Shown: positions 24,500 to 38,230, counted from the first letter of the stretch. The stretch is DNA of 64,000 nucleotides from Basidiobolus meristosporus CBS 931.73 (GCA_002104905.1 MCFE01000144.1:62001-126000); one strand, 5' to 3'. Numbers and translations: made by a program. Notes: generated from the letters alone by a model not told the origin.

Positions 24500-25805
24500 T
24501 GTTGAAGCAAATGCCAAGGATACTTTATGAAGCCAAGTGAGCCTAGTAATCCATCTATGGGTGAATGATGTAATGTTGTAGCTAGAGATGTGGCATGTAT
24601 CCACTAATTTCAGCAATGGGGCTTTGATGATTTATTACTACTTCTTTCCAAAATCATTCCAGGATGCAACTTACCATGTATATGGTACAAGTGGACAACC
24701 ATCATGCAACTGGCAACCTATGATCCGGAGACTGTCCTGATTCAAGCATGTGATAACAGTTGTATGGAATTCACAACCAAAAATGCTACCATTGCATCAT
24801 GTCCAAATTGTCAGAAATCCACCACCATTGAGGGAAAACATTGTTCACACTCTGGATATATTCTGGTAATACCCCATCTAAGGAAGCTGATGCAGTCCAA
24901 CAAATATTGGCACTTAGTCATGGGTCTTTAACTTTGTGATGGCCTTTTGATGGGATCATTACAATGATTTTCATAGTGACTCTGGATATTGTCTAGTAAT
25001 ACCCTATCTAAAGAAGCTTATGTAGTCTGGCAAATATTGCAAAGCTATAAAATACCACACTCAGCATCAACCAAGCATAAGCATATATAATATATTTAAT
25101 GGTAAACCTTACAAACAGCTAAGAAGCAAGGGCTACTTTGAGGGTATATACGACCATGCCTTTGCCTTAGCACTTGATAGATCCTCATTATACAAGTACT
25201 TTACCAACAAATTCTGCTGGCCCCTGATACTCATCAACCTGAATCTGCTGCCTATCTTACAGCATCAGAGCAATAATCTGATGGTAGTATCACTGGTATC
25301 TGGGCCTAAATCATCATCCAACCTGGATAGCTGCCTGTATCTATTGCTGGATACATTTTGTGTACTTTCCAGCAGGATAATAGTAAATAGCCATCATGTA
25401 AAAGTGCATATTATCATCTGCATTGGAGATACCCCAGCCATCAGCAAGATAGCAAGTTTTTCTGGGCACAATGAATGTTGTTGCTCTCAAATGTGTGAGA
25501 TCCATGGGATTTACTCCATAACTCACACACATTATTATTACTCAAACACTAGCACTAAGAATATCATCTTTCCACAGAGAGTACATACACAAGTTTGCAT
25601 GGAATTGCAGCAAAGTTGGCAAGCTATAAGTCATCTTCCAGAATATGGAAGCAATAGGAAACCAGAGATACTTAAGATAGAGGGTATCTATTGGAGCAAA
25701 AGGTTTCCACTGGGAGCAATGCATTTGCTTTTCAACAGTATCCCTGTACTGATGACCAAGTTGTACATGGGGCATTTCAGGCAAAATGAGCCCTTCAAGA
25801 TACCA
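24500..25805 (+). pseudogene. Transposase_21 / EnSpm-like transposase relic (N-terminal Cys region and core)
   Basis: ACDNSCMEF..SCPNC; LVSGPKSSSNLDSCLY.LLD; CIGDTPAISKIASFSGHN; FPLGAMHLLFN..LYMGHF. Confidence 0.85.
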
Positions 25806-25809
25806 GTGT

Positions 25810-26575
25810 GGTGGTGTATAAGTCCAAGGGAGAGATACATCCAACACTTCTCAAGTGTTTTGTGTGTGGGGTGTTCACTGGGTGCAATAACCTCTGGCAA
25901 AAGCTTGCTAGGAATACTTGGGTTCTGTCTCTGATCTAATGTGAAGGGGAATAAAGCCACAAGCTTGTCAAGGGAAAACTATTGAGCTACAATCCCCAAC
26001 TTAGCTGGCTTCTTAACAAAAGTATGTGCTGGGTTCAGCATCCTTTGAGATGACAATGTACTAAAGCTTCCAAAGTCAAAACAACTGTAAACTCCACCAG
26101 CAGGGACTTGATAAGAATGCAGCTGTGGTCAATAGTTACAAAGACAGAAAAGTATCCTTGCCTGTACAAAACAAACTTGGGAAAAAATCAAATATAATAA
26201 AAGATACCTACTCTGAGTATTCCTCACAAGTAGTGCCTCCAAGGTCAGTTGGCTGTCAGCACGGTTTCCTGGGAGTGTCCTGTGGTCTGGGGTTGGCAGT
26301 TCAGGTAGCAGCAGGTAGCAGTGATCACACTAATCAACAAGTTGGTATATTGATAAAAGGGATGATGATTTATTGTTGAGGGATAGCCTCCCTTATATAC
26401 TTTTCTTACTGGCTAAGTGATTACTAATCATGGTGTTCCAGAAGGTTCCGGATATCAATAGAAATCTTAATGACAGCAGAATGACCTAAGAATGTTCTAA
26501 GTAGGTGCCGGAAGGTTCTAAGAGGCACAGCACATCTAACCACTCAGGAATGATTACTCTGAAACCTGTGTAACA
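25810..26575 (-). mobile_element. Probable LTR plus gag-like relic inserted into the CACTA-like transposase
   Basis: Minus strand starts TGTTACACAGG at 26575 and contains TATATAAG; transposase homology stops at ~25805 and resumes near 26960. Confidence 0.45.
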
Positions 26576-27911
26576 TAGGGATACCATATATGGTATGGAA
26601 ATGGTAGGGAAGGTAACATGGGTTGATTATATGTCACAGGTACTGGCGCAGGTACTTGCCTAATATAGAAGCACTTATAGCTAGTAATCTACATAAAGTG
26701 AGGGGTAACTTATGCAATAAGGTAAGCAGGTGTGATAGTCAACCGGCTTATGGGATAGTACTGATTGGGTAAGACAAATGGGATAAAACTAAAATAAATG
26801 TAGTAGAGATATAGGGAAGTAGAAAATGAGGGAATGAGCACATCTGTCAGTGGGTGTCACTGTCACCCCACTACACCGGAGAAATTTGAAAAATACTGAG
26901 AACAAATGTGCTCATGGAGACACCTATGCCTATGGCATTAAGAAGCTAAGCAGCCCCAATGTGTGGGCAATGAACTGAGTAATGCATAGTTGGGTTGGGT
27001 GCAACAAGCAACTAACTTTTGTTAGGAAAGCCCCACCAAGGTATGCCAGATTTCTCTTAGTAACAAGCTAACTTCTACACAATTCACTATGGAATTCACA
27101 CAAACAAAAGCCAGAGTGCACCTATAAGAAGGACTAGAATCCAGCAAGGACAAGAAATATATTGGCTAAATACCAAAAGGTTCTTTGCAGATATTCAGGA
27201 GGTGTTCATACCAGAAGTGGCAACAACCAAGCATATGTTTGTAAGATGGATGTGTAACCAGGAGTACAAGGTATTTATCAGCTTTGCAAGTATCACAATA
27301 AAAAGCTGTCAAGGTGAAGAGATAGAAGTATGTCAATTGCGGCAGGTGTGTGTGTTTGTAGAGGTTAGTAAGCAGGAGGCCATAGTTCTTTCTGATTTGA
27401 ACTATATGTGGAATACCCATGGTAGTAGTGGGTGAGCAAATAAAGTGGGGTATTCTACATTGGAATATATGAATTGCACAAGGGGAGGTAGAAAAAGGAG
27501 GCACAATTTGGTAAGTTGGTACAGTAGCATTATTCAGAACCAGCTGTAGGCCATCATACTGCCAATGTAATGCCATCAGAGTCTTGCTGTGAGGCTGTCA
27601 AATACCGTCAAGCTTCTTGCCATATAAGGCAATTAGATATCCTGGCCAGTTGGATCCTTTTGAAATAGTTGTTGAGTGCAACAAGACTGCAACAATACCC
27701 TGCAATTATTGTCACAGCACCAATCAATTCTTGTCAAGTTTTATCTCTTTATTTGGTAGCAAAATTAGCAAAATGCTGTTGTGATCCCATCATAAGATCA
27801 TTAAGAGGGTCACCAATTCCAAGCTGCTGGTATTATGATGGTCTCCAAATGGGACCCTGATGGCTGATCTGGATTGGCTCCACCTATGGGATCAAATTAT
27901 TTATCATAGGG

Positions 27912-30900
27912 AAAGCTGTTGCCTTCTTGGCAATACTTCTTGGCTGTTATGGGATTCACTCTGTTCTGGGCTGATGGCATTAATTGGTGAGAGCTGGATT
28001 TTTTTTCTCATGCTTCCCTGTTTCTGGCTTGATTATACTTCTTTCCCTAGATGTTTGCCATTATACTAGCAGGTCTTTCACTTCTAATTTGACTGAGTAC
28101 TTCTTGTATTGCAATGTGTTTTCTCCTTGATAAATTCTATGCTGATGCATCTCTTGTGGTCTGCTTGTCCCTTACTGGTACTGCTCTGGCTACCTGATGT
28201 TTTTTTGCTGCTTGCTTTAAGCTTTCACCCAGATTGTGACAGGCTCTTAAGGAAGCCACTGGTTTTTAGCCATGGCAACCCTGTTCTTCTGCTGTTGCTA
28301 ATTTCTGCTACTGTTGAGATGCATTCCTAACATATCAATGCTGGCCCAAAACATGTTTGCTTGTTTAAATACAGGATAATGCTAATGGAACAGGTCAAGA
28401 GCCCTCTGCATGCCTTGAGTTCCTGATGGTCTCATGGTATGCTAGCTTTAAGGTGATGATGTGCAAAACTTCTAACAGCCTCTTGAATATTTGCCCACTA
28501 TTAATCAATACACTCAATGGCTTCACAGAACTTCAGTGTCTTTGAAAATCCCAGTAAATAACAAGTTAGGACCCTTTGAAGAAAATGCCAAGGACATTCT
28601 ATGGAGCCAAGTTATTGCAGTAATTCATTTACTAACAAATGATGCAATCTTGTAGCTAGAGAAGTGGTGTACTTCCACTAATATCAGTAATGGGGGCTTT
28701 GAACATTTCCTGCTACTTGCTGCCAAAATTATTCCAGGATGGTGATCACTAAATATTTAGTACAAATGGAAAACTGTCATGTAGCTGGCAACATATAACC
28801 CAGAGACCTTCCTGATACCATCATAAGTTAACAGCTGCATGACATTCATATGCAAAAATGCAACCACTGTCCAAACCATTGTCCAACTTGTCAGGAATCC
28901 ACCACCACAGGAGGATAACATTGTTCACACTCTTTGTTTATTCCAGTAATACCCTGTGCAAAGTAGCACATGCAGTCTAACAAATTTTATGAAGCAATGA
29001 AGTAACATAGGCAGTATCAATCCTGTGCAAATATATTCAATACATTTGATGGTAAATGTTATAAATAACCCAAAGCAAGGGCCTCTCTGAAGGTGTATAT
29101 GGCCATGCCTTAGCCTTGGTGCTGGATGGATTCTTACTAAATATGTACTCTGCCACCAAATCCTGCTGGTAACTAATTCTCATCTACCTGAAACTGCTGC
29201 CAATCTTATGATATCAAAGCAGGGATCTGATGGCAGTCTCACTGACATTGAAGCCTAAGTCACCATTCAACATGGATAGCTACCTGTATCCATTGCTGGA
29301 TGATTTTGTAAGTTATCCAGCAGGATCCTAGTAAATGCTCCTCATATCAAAGCACTTATTTTTATCTGCATTGGAGATACCCCAGCCATTTTTCTTGCAC
29401 AATAGATGGTATTGCTGTTGAATGTGTGAGATCCAGGGAGTTAACTCCAAAACTCACAGATATAATCATTATCCAAGCATCAATACTAAGTTATATCATG
29501 TTTTTATAGAGAGAACATACCAATGTCAGAATGCAATTGCAGCAAAGCTGGTCAGCTATAAGCCTCCTGCCAGAATACTGAGTTAATCAAAAACAGGATA
29601 TACAAAAGATAGTGGAAATCTGTTGGAGCAAAAGCTTTCCACTGAGAGCAATGCATATGCTCTTCAACAATATCCTAATATTAATGATCAAGTTGTACAT
29701 GGGGCATTTTGACTGAATGAGCCCTTTGAGATACTGAAAAAGCTGAAAGAATTGGTAAGATGATACAGAGTATTTGCAATGCAAAGAATTTGTAACAAGC
29801 TTTAATGAATACTGATATATATATATGCAACAATACAAATGTAAAGACTGGATGAACTGCATATACATTTATTCAAGGAGCCATCAGAAGCAATCTCTAC
29901 CAAGAGTAGATTAGAAGTATTTAGAGCTGTATGTAGATATTGTAGGAATATTTGTTCAGAAGCAGATTACAAAAGCCAATTTGGCATATTTACAGCTATT
30001 AGGCAAGGAGTTTGTGACAGGACTGAAGCAGCTATATTACTTGCATAAAGCTGAGCATATAGAACTATGCCACTGCTGCAACTATTTTCTACTCTATCTT
30101 GCTTAGTGTGTGGACCATGTTGAGCCTTGCTTCACCTTTTTAGAGTTTCTTATGAAGCAAAGCAATTCCAATGTGTGGGTAATCAGTTAAGTACTGCAAA
30201 GTTGAGCTGGATTTAATAAGCAACTAATTTGTTTTAGGACAGCTTTGCCAAAGTATGCTGGGCTAATCTTGAGTGCAAGCCAATTTCTATATCATTCAAT
30301 ATGTAAGTCATACAAACAAGAATCAGAGCATATGTATAAGGGGGACTAGCATACAGCAGTAAGAAGGAATATCTTAGTCAAGTGCCTAAGAGTATATTGC
30401 AGATAATTATTTGGTATGCAGGTAAAAGTGGCAGCAACCAAGCATATATTTGCAAGATATATATGCTGCCAGCAATGTAAGGTACATGTTAGCTTTGCAA
30501 GTATCACCATGAGAAGTTTCAAATTTGAGGTGATAGAAATGTGCCATTACAGCAGGTGTGCCTGTATGGAAAGGTTAGTAAGAAGGGGGCCTTAGTTTGT
30601 TTTAACTTGAACTATATGTGAAATGCCAATGGTAGTGGTGGGTAAGCAAATAAATTGGGGTGCTTCTGCAGTGGAATCAATCAAAGGCACCAGGAGAGAT
30701 AGCCAAACCAGTGCCATTTGGTAAATTTGTATGGTAGCATTATACAGGACTAGCTTCAGTCAGTGTACTGTTGTTATGATGCCAACAGATGTCCACATCA
30801 GGGCTGTCAATTTACAGTCAATTTTTTTTGCTTATATGGTAATTAGATGTACTGGCTGTTCAGGTCCACTTAGATAAGTGTAGTCTGCATAAGCCCATTA

Positions 30901-31118
30901 GAATGCCATTCATCTGCTGTCAAAGAACTGCCAAAACACTGTCAAGTATTTATACCTATTCAGTACTAAAATCAGCAAAATTTTATTACAATCCTCTAAT
31001 ATGATTGTGCAGAGAGTCAGTAATTTCAAGCTGCTGGTATTATGATGGGCACTTTGTGGGATCCCAATGGCTGAACCTGATTGGATCCACGCACACAACC
31101 AAATTATTTTTCATGGGG
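27912..31118 (+). mobile_element. CACTA-like DNA transposon host copy (accessory gene remnant, transposase, right TIR)
   Basis: Accessory gene relic on the minus strand 27912-28500; transposase relic on the plus strand 28560-30900; terminus rc CCCCATGAAAAATAATT at 31118. Continues the 35-bp stub at 22313-22347. Confidence 0.8.
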
Positions 31119-31187
31119 ATGGTAACCCTAAGCAACATCAATGATGTCAATAAAAACATTTTATTGAAAAAAATGATGAACTATATC

Positions 31188-34100
31188 TGTTGCAAGAATC
31201 TTGGAAATATTGAAAGTGATTGGGATAACAACTAGATCATGTGGTATTCACTTAATGATTCATTGAATGTTGAAGTAGTACTTATACTTTAAGTGGTTTT
31301 GGCATAAAAAACACATAGAATAGGTATAGGAAGTTTGCAAGAGTATATGTGCAGAGTTTAGGGCTGTTTGGACAGCTTTGAGAATTTTCATGTTCCAGGT
31401 ACCTGATATTTTGGTGAAAATATTCCCAGTAAATCCCAACAAGGAATTTGGTCAGTATTCCCTAGGATTTGAAGGGAATGTCACAAGTGACTAAGTTAGG
31501 TGAATATTTAGGTGGAATTACAAATTTTTACAACACTCCCACTCAGCTAAATCTTCATACTGACTAGTCCCAATTTTTGACCACGCATGTATAAACCTGT
31601 CTCTATCATTTCATCTGAAGGACAGTAAACTAAGCTCAGTAAGTTATTCACTATAGCTTCACATATGAAACAATGTCCAATATCTATGTGCTTAGTTCTA
31701 GCATGAAAATTTGGATTTCTACCTAATTGTATACATCCTTGGTTATCTTGAAATAAAGTTATAGGAATTTTTTGACATAAGCCTAAGTCTGCAAAAAGCT
31801 CTCTGAGCCACATTGCTTTTTTTTGCTTCACAGGCTGCCATATACTCTGCCTCTGTGGTGGAAAGTTCAATGGTGGTTGCTTTCTTAAATTCCATCATAT
31901 TGCTCCTTGACCATAGAGTAAGGTATATCCTGTGGTGGATCTTCTGTCTTCTGAGTTTTGTCCCCAATCAGCATCAGCATATCCCTCAAGATCCTGTTCT
32001 GAATCCATATAAGTATATCTTAAACAGATATTAGCCATTCTTCTTGGATATCTAAAAATCCACTTGACTGCTACAATATGATCAGATTCATATTTCTGAT
32101 TATGCTGGCTGACAACTCCCACTGAATATGAGATATCTGGACATGTTCCAAGCATGATATGCATCAGACTGCCAACTATAAATTGATAAGGAAAGTCAGG
32201 GCTATCAGATGGCCCTAATCTCTCTTGACTTGGTTGAGTTTTCACCAAGTCAAGGTTTGTCTCCATTGCAGTAGCTGCTGGTTTACAGTCTTCCATTTTG
32301 TACTTCTTTAGTATATCTTGAACATCGTTGGATTGGCTTAGGGTGATAGTCTGGATACTTCTGTCTATGGAGAGCTTAATCCCTAAGTAGTAACTGAGTT
32401 CTCCTAGATTTGGACATTTTGAGCTCCTTAGATAGGCTGGACTTAGTCTCTTCCAATGTTTCTAGATTATTAGTGGCTATAATAAGATCATCCAGATATA
32501 GAGCTAATAGAACTGGATTTGCTCTATATGGCTTATAGTATATACTATAGTCAGCATTACTCCTGTTGAAACTCAAGACTCCACATAAGAATCTATCTTG
32601 CAATGCCAGGCTCTTGGTGACTGTTTAAGACCATATAGAGGCTTTTTGAGCTTGCAGATCAAATGGGGGTTATCTTGGTCAGCAAACCCATCAGGCTGGT
32701 CCATTTACATGTCCTTGTCAGGTTCTTCATTCCAAATGCAGTTTTCACATCCATTTGATAAATTTAAAACTTATATTTGGCTGCAATTGCCAATATTAAT
32801 CTGATTGAATTAAACTTGGCTGCCAGTGCAAAGGTCTCAGTATAGTCAAGTCCTTTTGTTTGCAAGTATCCTTTGGCCATAGATCTTGCTTTATGTCTTT
32901 CAATTGTACCATCAGCCTTGGATTTTGTCTTGAAGACCCATTTGCATCCAATTGATTTTTGGTTGATTGATAATTTGACTTAGTCCCAAGTTTGATTTTC
33001 CATCAGGGTCTGATATTCCTCAATCATTGCAGATCTCCAAAACTTTGTCTGAGGGCTACTAGGGCTTTTTTTACAGTCTAGGACTCACCAATATGAACTG
33101 AATAGGCATAGGCAAGGTTTGTACCCTCATTGATATAGTAATTTGGTCTATTTTTGTCTGGTTGGATTGCCAGGCATTTGATACTGGAATGATCACTTCT
33201 GGGATACTCCTGAGCACTGCTTCACGCTGAACAATGGTTGTAGAGTCCTCTAGGGTGAAAAGTTTGCATTGTTTTGTTCTGATTTAATCCTGACAATTGA
33301 TGGACTTTGGATCATATTTTTGTTATTGTCTGATGTCATTTTTTGTGCAAATTTTGAATTTTCATCAAGCAACACATGCTTGAACTTGATAAACTTCTTT
33401 GCTTTGGTATTGTAGAGTCTGTATGTGTTACTCTGATTGCAGTAACCCCAAAATATGCATTTAACACTTTTTGGCTCAAATTTTGACTGATTTCCAGGCA
33501 GTTTCTTTGCATGTGCTATACACCCAAATATTCTTAGATGCTCTGCACTGGGTCTATGTTCAATCCATGCTTCAGATGGAGTATAATCATCAGGTATTCT
33601 GCTATAACTCCTATTTTTAAGGTCTACATCTGGGATATCTGATTCTGCCCAAAAATCATAGGATTATTTTTGATTATGGATCATGGATCTAGCCATATCA
33701 ATTATTGCTATGTTTAAACATTCTACTACTCCATTTTGCTGTGGGGAGTATGATACAGTAGTCTCTTGCTTCATCCTATTAATTTTGCAGAAGTGGATGA
33801 AGTGTGTTGAGGTATATTTTCCACCATTGTCAGAACATATTTTATTGATTTTTGCACCAGTTTCTCTCTCCAACATAGCTTTCAACTCTCTGAACTTAGA
33901 CAGAGCCTCATCCTTTCTCACTATGAAGCATACCCATGTGTATCTTGTATAATCATCAATAAAAGAGATTAAAAACTTCATCCCTCCTAAGGATAAGTTT
34001 TGCATAGGTCTACAGAGATCTGAGTGAGTTAGATCTAATTCTTTCATAGTTTTGATTAACCAAGAGCTCTTGAATGGTTGTCCGGCTTGTTTCCCATATA

Positions 34101-35832
34101 TGCAGACTTCAGAGTGCTCCAAATTAGCTGGGGGATTAATCTTTACTCTGGAAATTAGTTGATCTTTGATCATTTTGCGCAAATTATCAACATTGTTGTG
34201 TCCAAATCTCCTGTGTCAAAGTATTGATGTTTCTTCAATTAAGCTACTTATATTGGCTTCAAGATATGATGGAATATAAGCTAGCTTATACAGATTCTGA
34301 TTTCTAATACCCAAAGCAATAAGGGCACCTCTTTGATCAGTGATCATGCATCCAAAATTGTCAAAGCTGAAACCAAGTCCTTCTGCTATGGCCTTGCTTA
34401 CAGATAGTAGGTTCTTGGCTATTTCTGGTACATAGAGTACTTCTTTAAAGGTCAGTGTATGGCTTCCATTACTGCTTCTAAGGCTTAATTGGATTGTTCC
34501 TTCTCCCACTGCATCAAATGTTCTATTGTTACCTGTGAAAACCTTCTTAATTGGAATTTCTTTGTATTAAATAAAAAGTTCTTTTTGATGTATTAAGTGC
34601 TGAGATGCTCCAGAGTCATTATACCATGCCTGAGAATCCTAGGTAGTGGTTCTATTTAATGAAGATGTGAATAGTCTGTCTTTGGTTGCTGCAGCATTTC
34701 CATACACAGGCTTCTTTTACTGTTATCTCTCTTTTTCAGACACCAGTCTGATGTGTGTCCTTTCCTTTTGCAGTAGTTGCAAAACAGGTTACTGTTGCCT
34801 TTGTAGGGTCTTGGGACCTCCTTTGTTGGTTATCATTGCTTATTAAGGCATTTTCTTTTTCCTTCTTTTTGGCACTTGATTTTCTTAATTCTTCATCCAG
34901 GAGCCTTCCATATACATAATTAAAGGTCAATTCTTCAGACTGGACTCCAGGGCTGATATAAGACCCTGAAACTCATCTGTCAGGCTATTCAGGATGGTAA
35001 CTATCACATCCTCATCAGTAGTTGGTACGCCCACAGATTCTATCTCATCTACCAGCAGGGTAATTCTGTTAATTAGATTTTCATTTCTTCCCCTGGCAGC
35101 ATCTTTATAGTAGAAATCTTGTTTCAGATACATTTTCTTAGCAGCTGAACATGAATGGTGGGTGTCTTCTAATGCCTTCCAGTCATTCTTTGCCGTTTTT
35201 GCTCTTGAGCATTGAATTAGCAACTTGTCTTCAACATCAAGGCAAATGCAATTAAAGGCACTGTGTTCTTTCTTCTGCTACTTCAAGGCTTCCTCTCCCA
35301 CATTTCTAGGAGGGCATTCTTCTCCCATGACAATATCCCAAAGGCCTCTTTCTTGTAGCAACATCTTCACCTTCACCTTCCACACTTGGTACTAAGATCC
35401 ATCCCACTTTTCAGCAGAGGGAAAAGTTACAGTAATAGCAGTTGTAGACATTTCAGACAGTGACAGCTTGGGGCTCATAACCTATTGTAAAAGTCTTGGA
35501 GCTATTGGAAGTGATTGGGATGGCAAGTAGATGATGTAGTTTTCACTTTAATGATTTATTGAATGTAAAAGTAGTATTTATACTTTTGCATGGTCTTGGC
35601 ATTACAAACAAGTAGAATAGGCCAAGGAAGGTTCCAAGAGCATGAGTGCAAAGTCTGGGGCTGCTTGGACAACTTCAAGAATTCTCCTGCTCTGGGTACC
35701 TGGTAATTTGGTGAAAATATTCTAAGTAAGTCCCAACAAGAAATTTGGTCAGTATTCCCTAGGATTTGAAGGTAATGATCCACAAGACTAAGTTAAGTGA
35801 GTATTTAGGTGGAATTACAAATATTTACAACA
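31188..35832 (-). mobile_element. Full-length old Ty1/copia element (family C), 4645 bp, degenerate
   Basis: LTRs 35483-35832 and 31188-31535 (about 75-80% identical by eye); TSD ATATC at 31183-31187 and 35833-35837; PBS rc ggttatgagcccc at 35470-35482; PPT rc at 31536-31545; gag, PR, IN, RT (LYLDD) and RH motifs with many stops. Confidence 0.95.
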
Positions 35833-36054
35833 ATATCATCAGTATATTAACAAGATGTGGCACCTACAAAAGACCTAAATAGATTCATATAATAGGGACA
35901 ACCACATCAATGCCAGTCAACATACCCTTCCACCAAGAAGGGATTGAACAAGTTGGCCCCTTCACTGAGGTGGCAAGTTGCTTCCACTGTCACTCCTTGC
36001 AATGTGTACTATACTAAATACAACCACAGGCTTTTCCCTGTGTGAGATCATATA

Positions 36055-38230
36055 CCCTATGAAAAATTATTGTGATGATCCAGTCAAAAGGCTGTCACAA
36101 ATTTAAAGTCCCATGACTGAGAAGTATTGATCTCATCTGGACACTATGTAAAGACCGTCAAAAAATAATTGCACACTAGATTTCACAAAAAACTTGGTCA
36201 AAATTTTTCATCACAACAACACAGAAGTGGCTTTTGATTGGTTCTCTGCCAATTTTCTCACTTCCTGATCCCAGACACTCTATCACCTCCTGCATGTGTG
36301 GGCATTGATCAGCTATTGCCTCTTTATCACACTCCTAACTTCCTGATTCAACTGGTTCTCTTTCATTTCATGCATACATATTGATTTATTTCTGTTGAAA
36401 CTTCAGTTGTACCACAATTACCATTTGTATTGACCTACACAAGTCCCTACACCTTACACTAACAATATGCCCAACCCCACACTCAACAAGTAACTTCATT
36501 AAAATCCACCACTCAATAGGTATTTCTGCTTTAAAGCTCTGTTTCCATGACTTTAGCAGCAACCTCTGCAAGTCTTTGCAATAAATCCTTGCAATATTCA
36601 AGTGTGTTTTCTTGAGCACTGCTCTTGAAGAAGTGCTGCAACTTCTTTGTGCGCCTATTAATGTTCTAAAATTCCAATGAAGGCATTGTCATAACCTTTG
36701 AGATCTAGATGCTGTTACTTTGTCTAGCAGTAGAATCTTCACTCTGTCAACCATGGAGGACATGGAGTCTGTGGTAGACAAATTTCCTTTCTCTGCAAAC
36801 TCACCTACCTCACTGGAGTGTAGCTCAACTGGCTGCACTTCCAACTCTTGTGATAACAGCTGTTTTCTTGTTGGTAATTCTTCTTGGTTATAGTGGGATT
36901 CAGAATGCTCTGGGCTTATGGCAAAAATTGGCACAAACTACAGCTTTTTTCCTATGCTTCCCTGTCTCAGGCTTGGGTATATGCTTTTCCCTTTACCTTT
37001 TCCTCAATCACTGCCAGGTCTTTCACTGCTATTTTATATGAGTCTTTCATGTCTTGAATTATGTTTTCTCCTTGATAACTGCTGCTCCAATGCATCTGCT
37101 TTGGCCTGCTTGTCCCTTGATGGCACTTTGCAGGCAATCTGAAGCTTCTTTCCTGCTTGTTTAAAGCTCTTAGCCCATGTGGTGATGGGCTCCTGAGGTA
37201 GCCAATGGTTTTTATCACTGCTAGGTCCTTCACTGCTACTGTAACTGGGTGCTTCTAGAGTGGAATTATTATTTTTCATTCATAAATGTTGTGCTGGTGC
37301 ATCTGTGTCTGCCTGCTTTTTTCTTATTAGCACTCTTCTAGCTACTTGATGTCTCTTTGATGCTTGTTTGGAGCTTTCAGCCCTGCTTGTAACAGTTCTT
37401 GAGGAAGCCACTGGTTTTTAGCTGTTGCACCCTTGTTCTTCTGCCTTTGATAGTTTCTACTATTCTTGAGATGCTTTCCTAGCATACTAATGCTGGCCCA
37501 AGATACCTTTGCTTATTTGAATCCATGATAATGCTCATGGAAAAATTCAAGCACATTCTGCTTGGCCTTGAGTTCCTGATGGTCCCATGGCATGCAAGCC
37601 TTAAGGTGCAGGCATGTTATACTTCTAATAGCCTCATGAATATTAGCCCACTCTTTGTCATTGAACTTGACAGCTTAAACAGTTCTTCAATGTCCTTTTA
37701 TTTTTAGGCTTTGGTATAAACACAACATTTTCTCCCTACCATGCTGTGATAGATTTATCTTTGGGCTTCAACTTTGGTCACTGATGTTGTGCTTCAAAGA
37801 CTACATGGTGTTCCTCTGCTGTCTCTTTGGGAAATGGCTCAATTTTTGGCAGTGACACTGAGCTACTTGGGTTCCTTCTTTGCAGCAAATATACTGCCTT
37901 CTCTACCTGGGATATTGATTGCTCTATACCTTTATCTACTCATCCTGTTTCTAGACTATTTGCAGATTTCTCTGAGCCATTGCATTTATCCTATCAGCCA
38001 CTGCACCTAATTGGCTTATTGATGCTTTGGTATGAGCTGGCAACATACTTGCTAATACAGGTGGTGGTGATGTTATGACTGCCACTTGCTGATCCCCAGC
38101 TGAAGGTACTGCTTTTGCTACATTCTCATCTCCCTCAGCACTATGGTCAGCTTGCAGCTTCACAGAGATCCCCAATTGCCTACTTGACTGAGAGCCTGAG
38201 GAGTCTGCATTTTTACTTACAGTGGGCACA
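36055..38230 (+). mobile_element. CACTA-like DNA transposon copy 4 (left TIR plus accessory gene), right part missing
   Basis: CCCTATGAAAAATTATTG at 36055; collinear with 22348-22870 and with the reverse complement of 20000-22312. Confidence 0.8.
36600..38230 (-). pseudogene. Accessory gene of the CACTA-like element, function unknown
   Basis: The reading frame can be followed through point stops: KFNDKEWANIHEAIRSITCLHLKACMPWDHQELKAKQNVLEFFHEHYHGFK*AKVSWASISMLGKHLKNSRNYQRQK, then ~205-bp S/K-rich repeats. Confidence 0.6.

Larger units (their letters stand above)
22348..27911 (+). mobile_element. CACTA-like DNA transposon copy with both termini and a 3-bp TSD
   Basis: TIRs CCCTATGAAAAATA (22348) and rc CCCTATGATAAATA (27911). 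Joining the flanks gives ctcttgtgataaaagctgtt, matching ctcttgtgataacagctgtt at ~36845-36864, with 3 extra A residues (TSD AAA). Transposase relics at 24500-25805 and 26960-27600. Confidence 0.85.
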
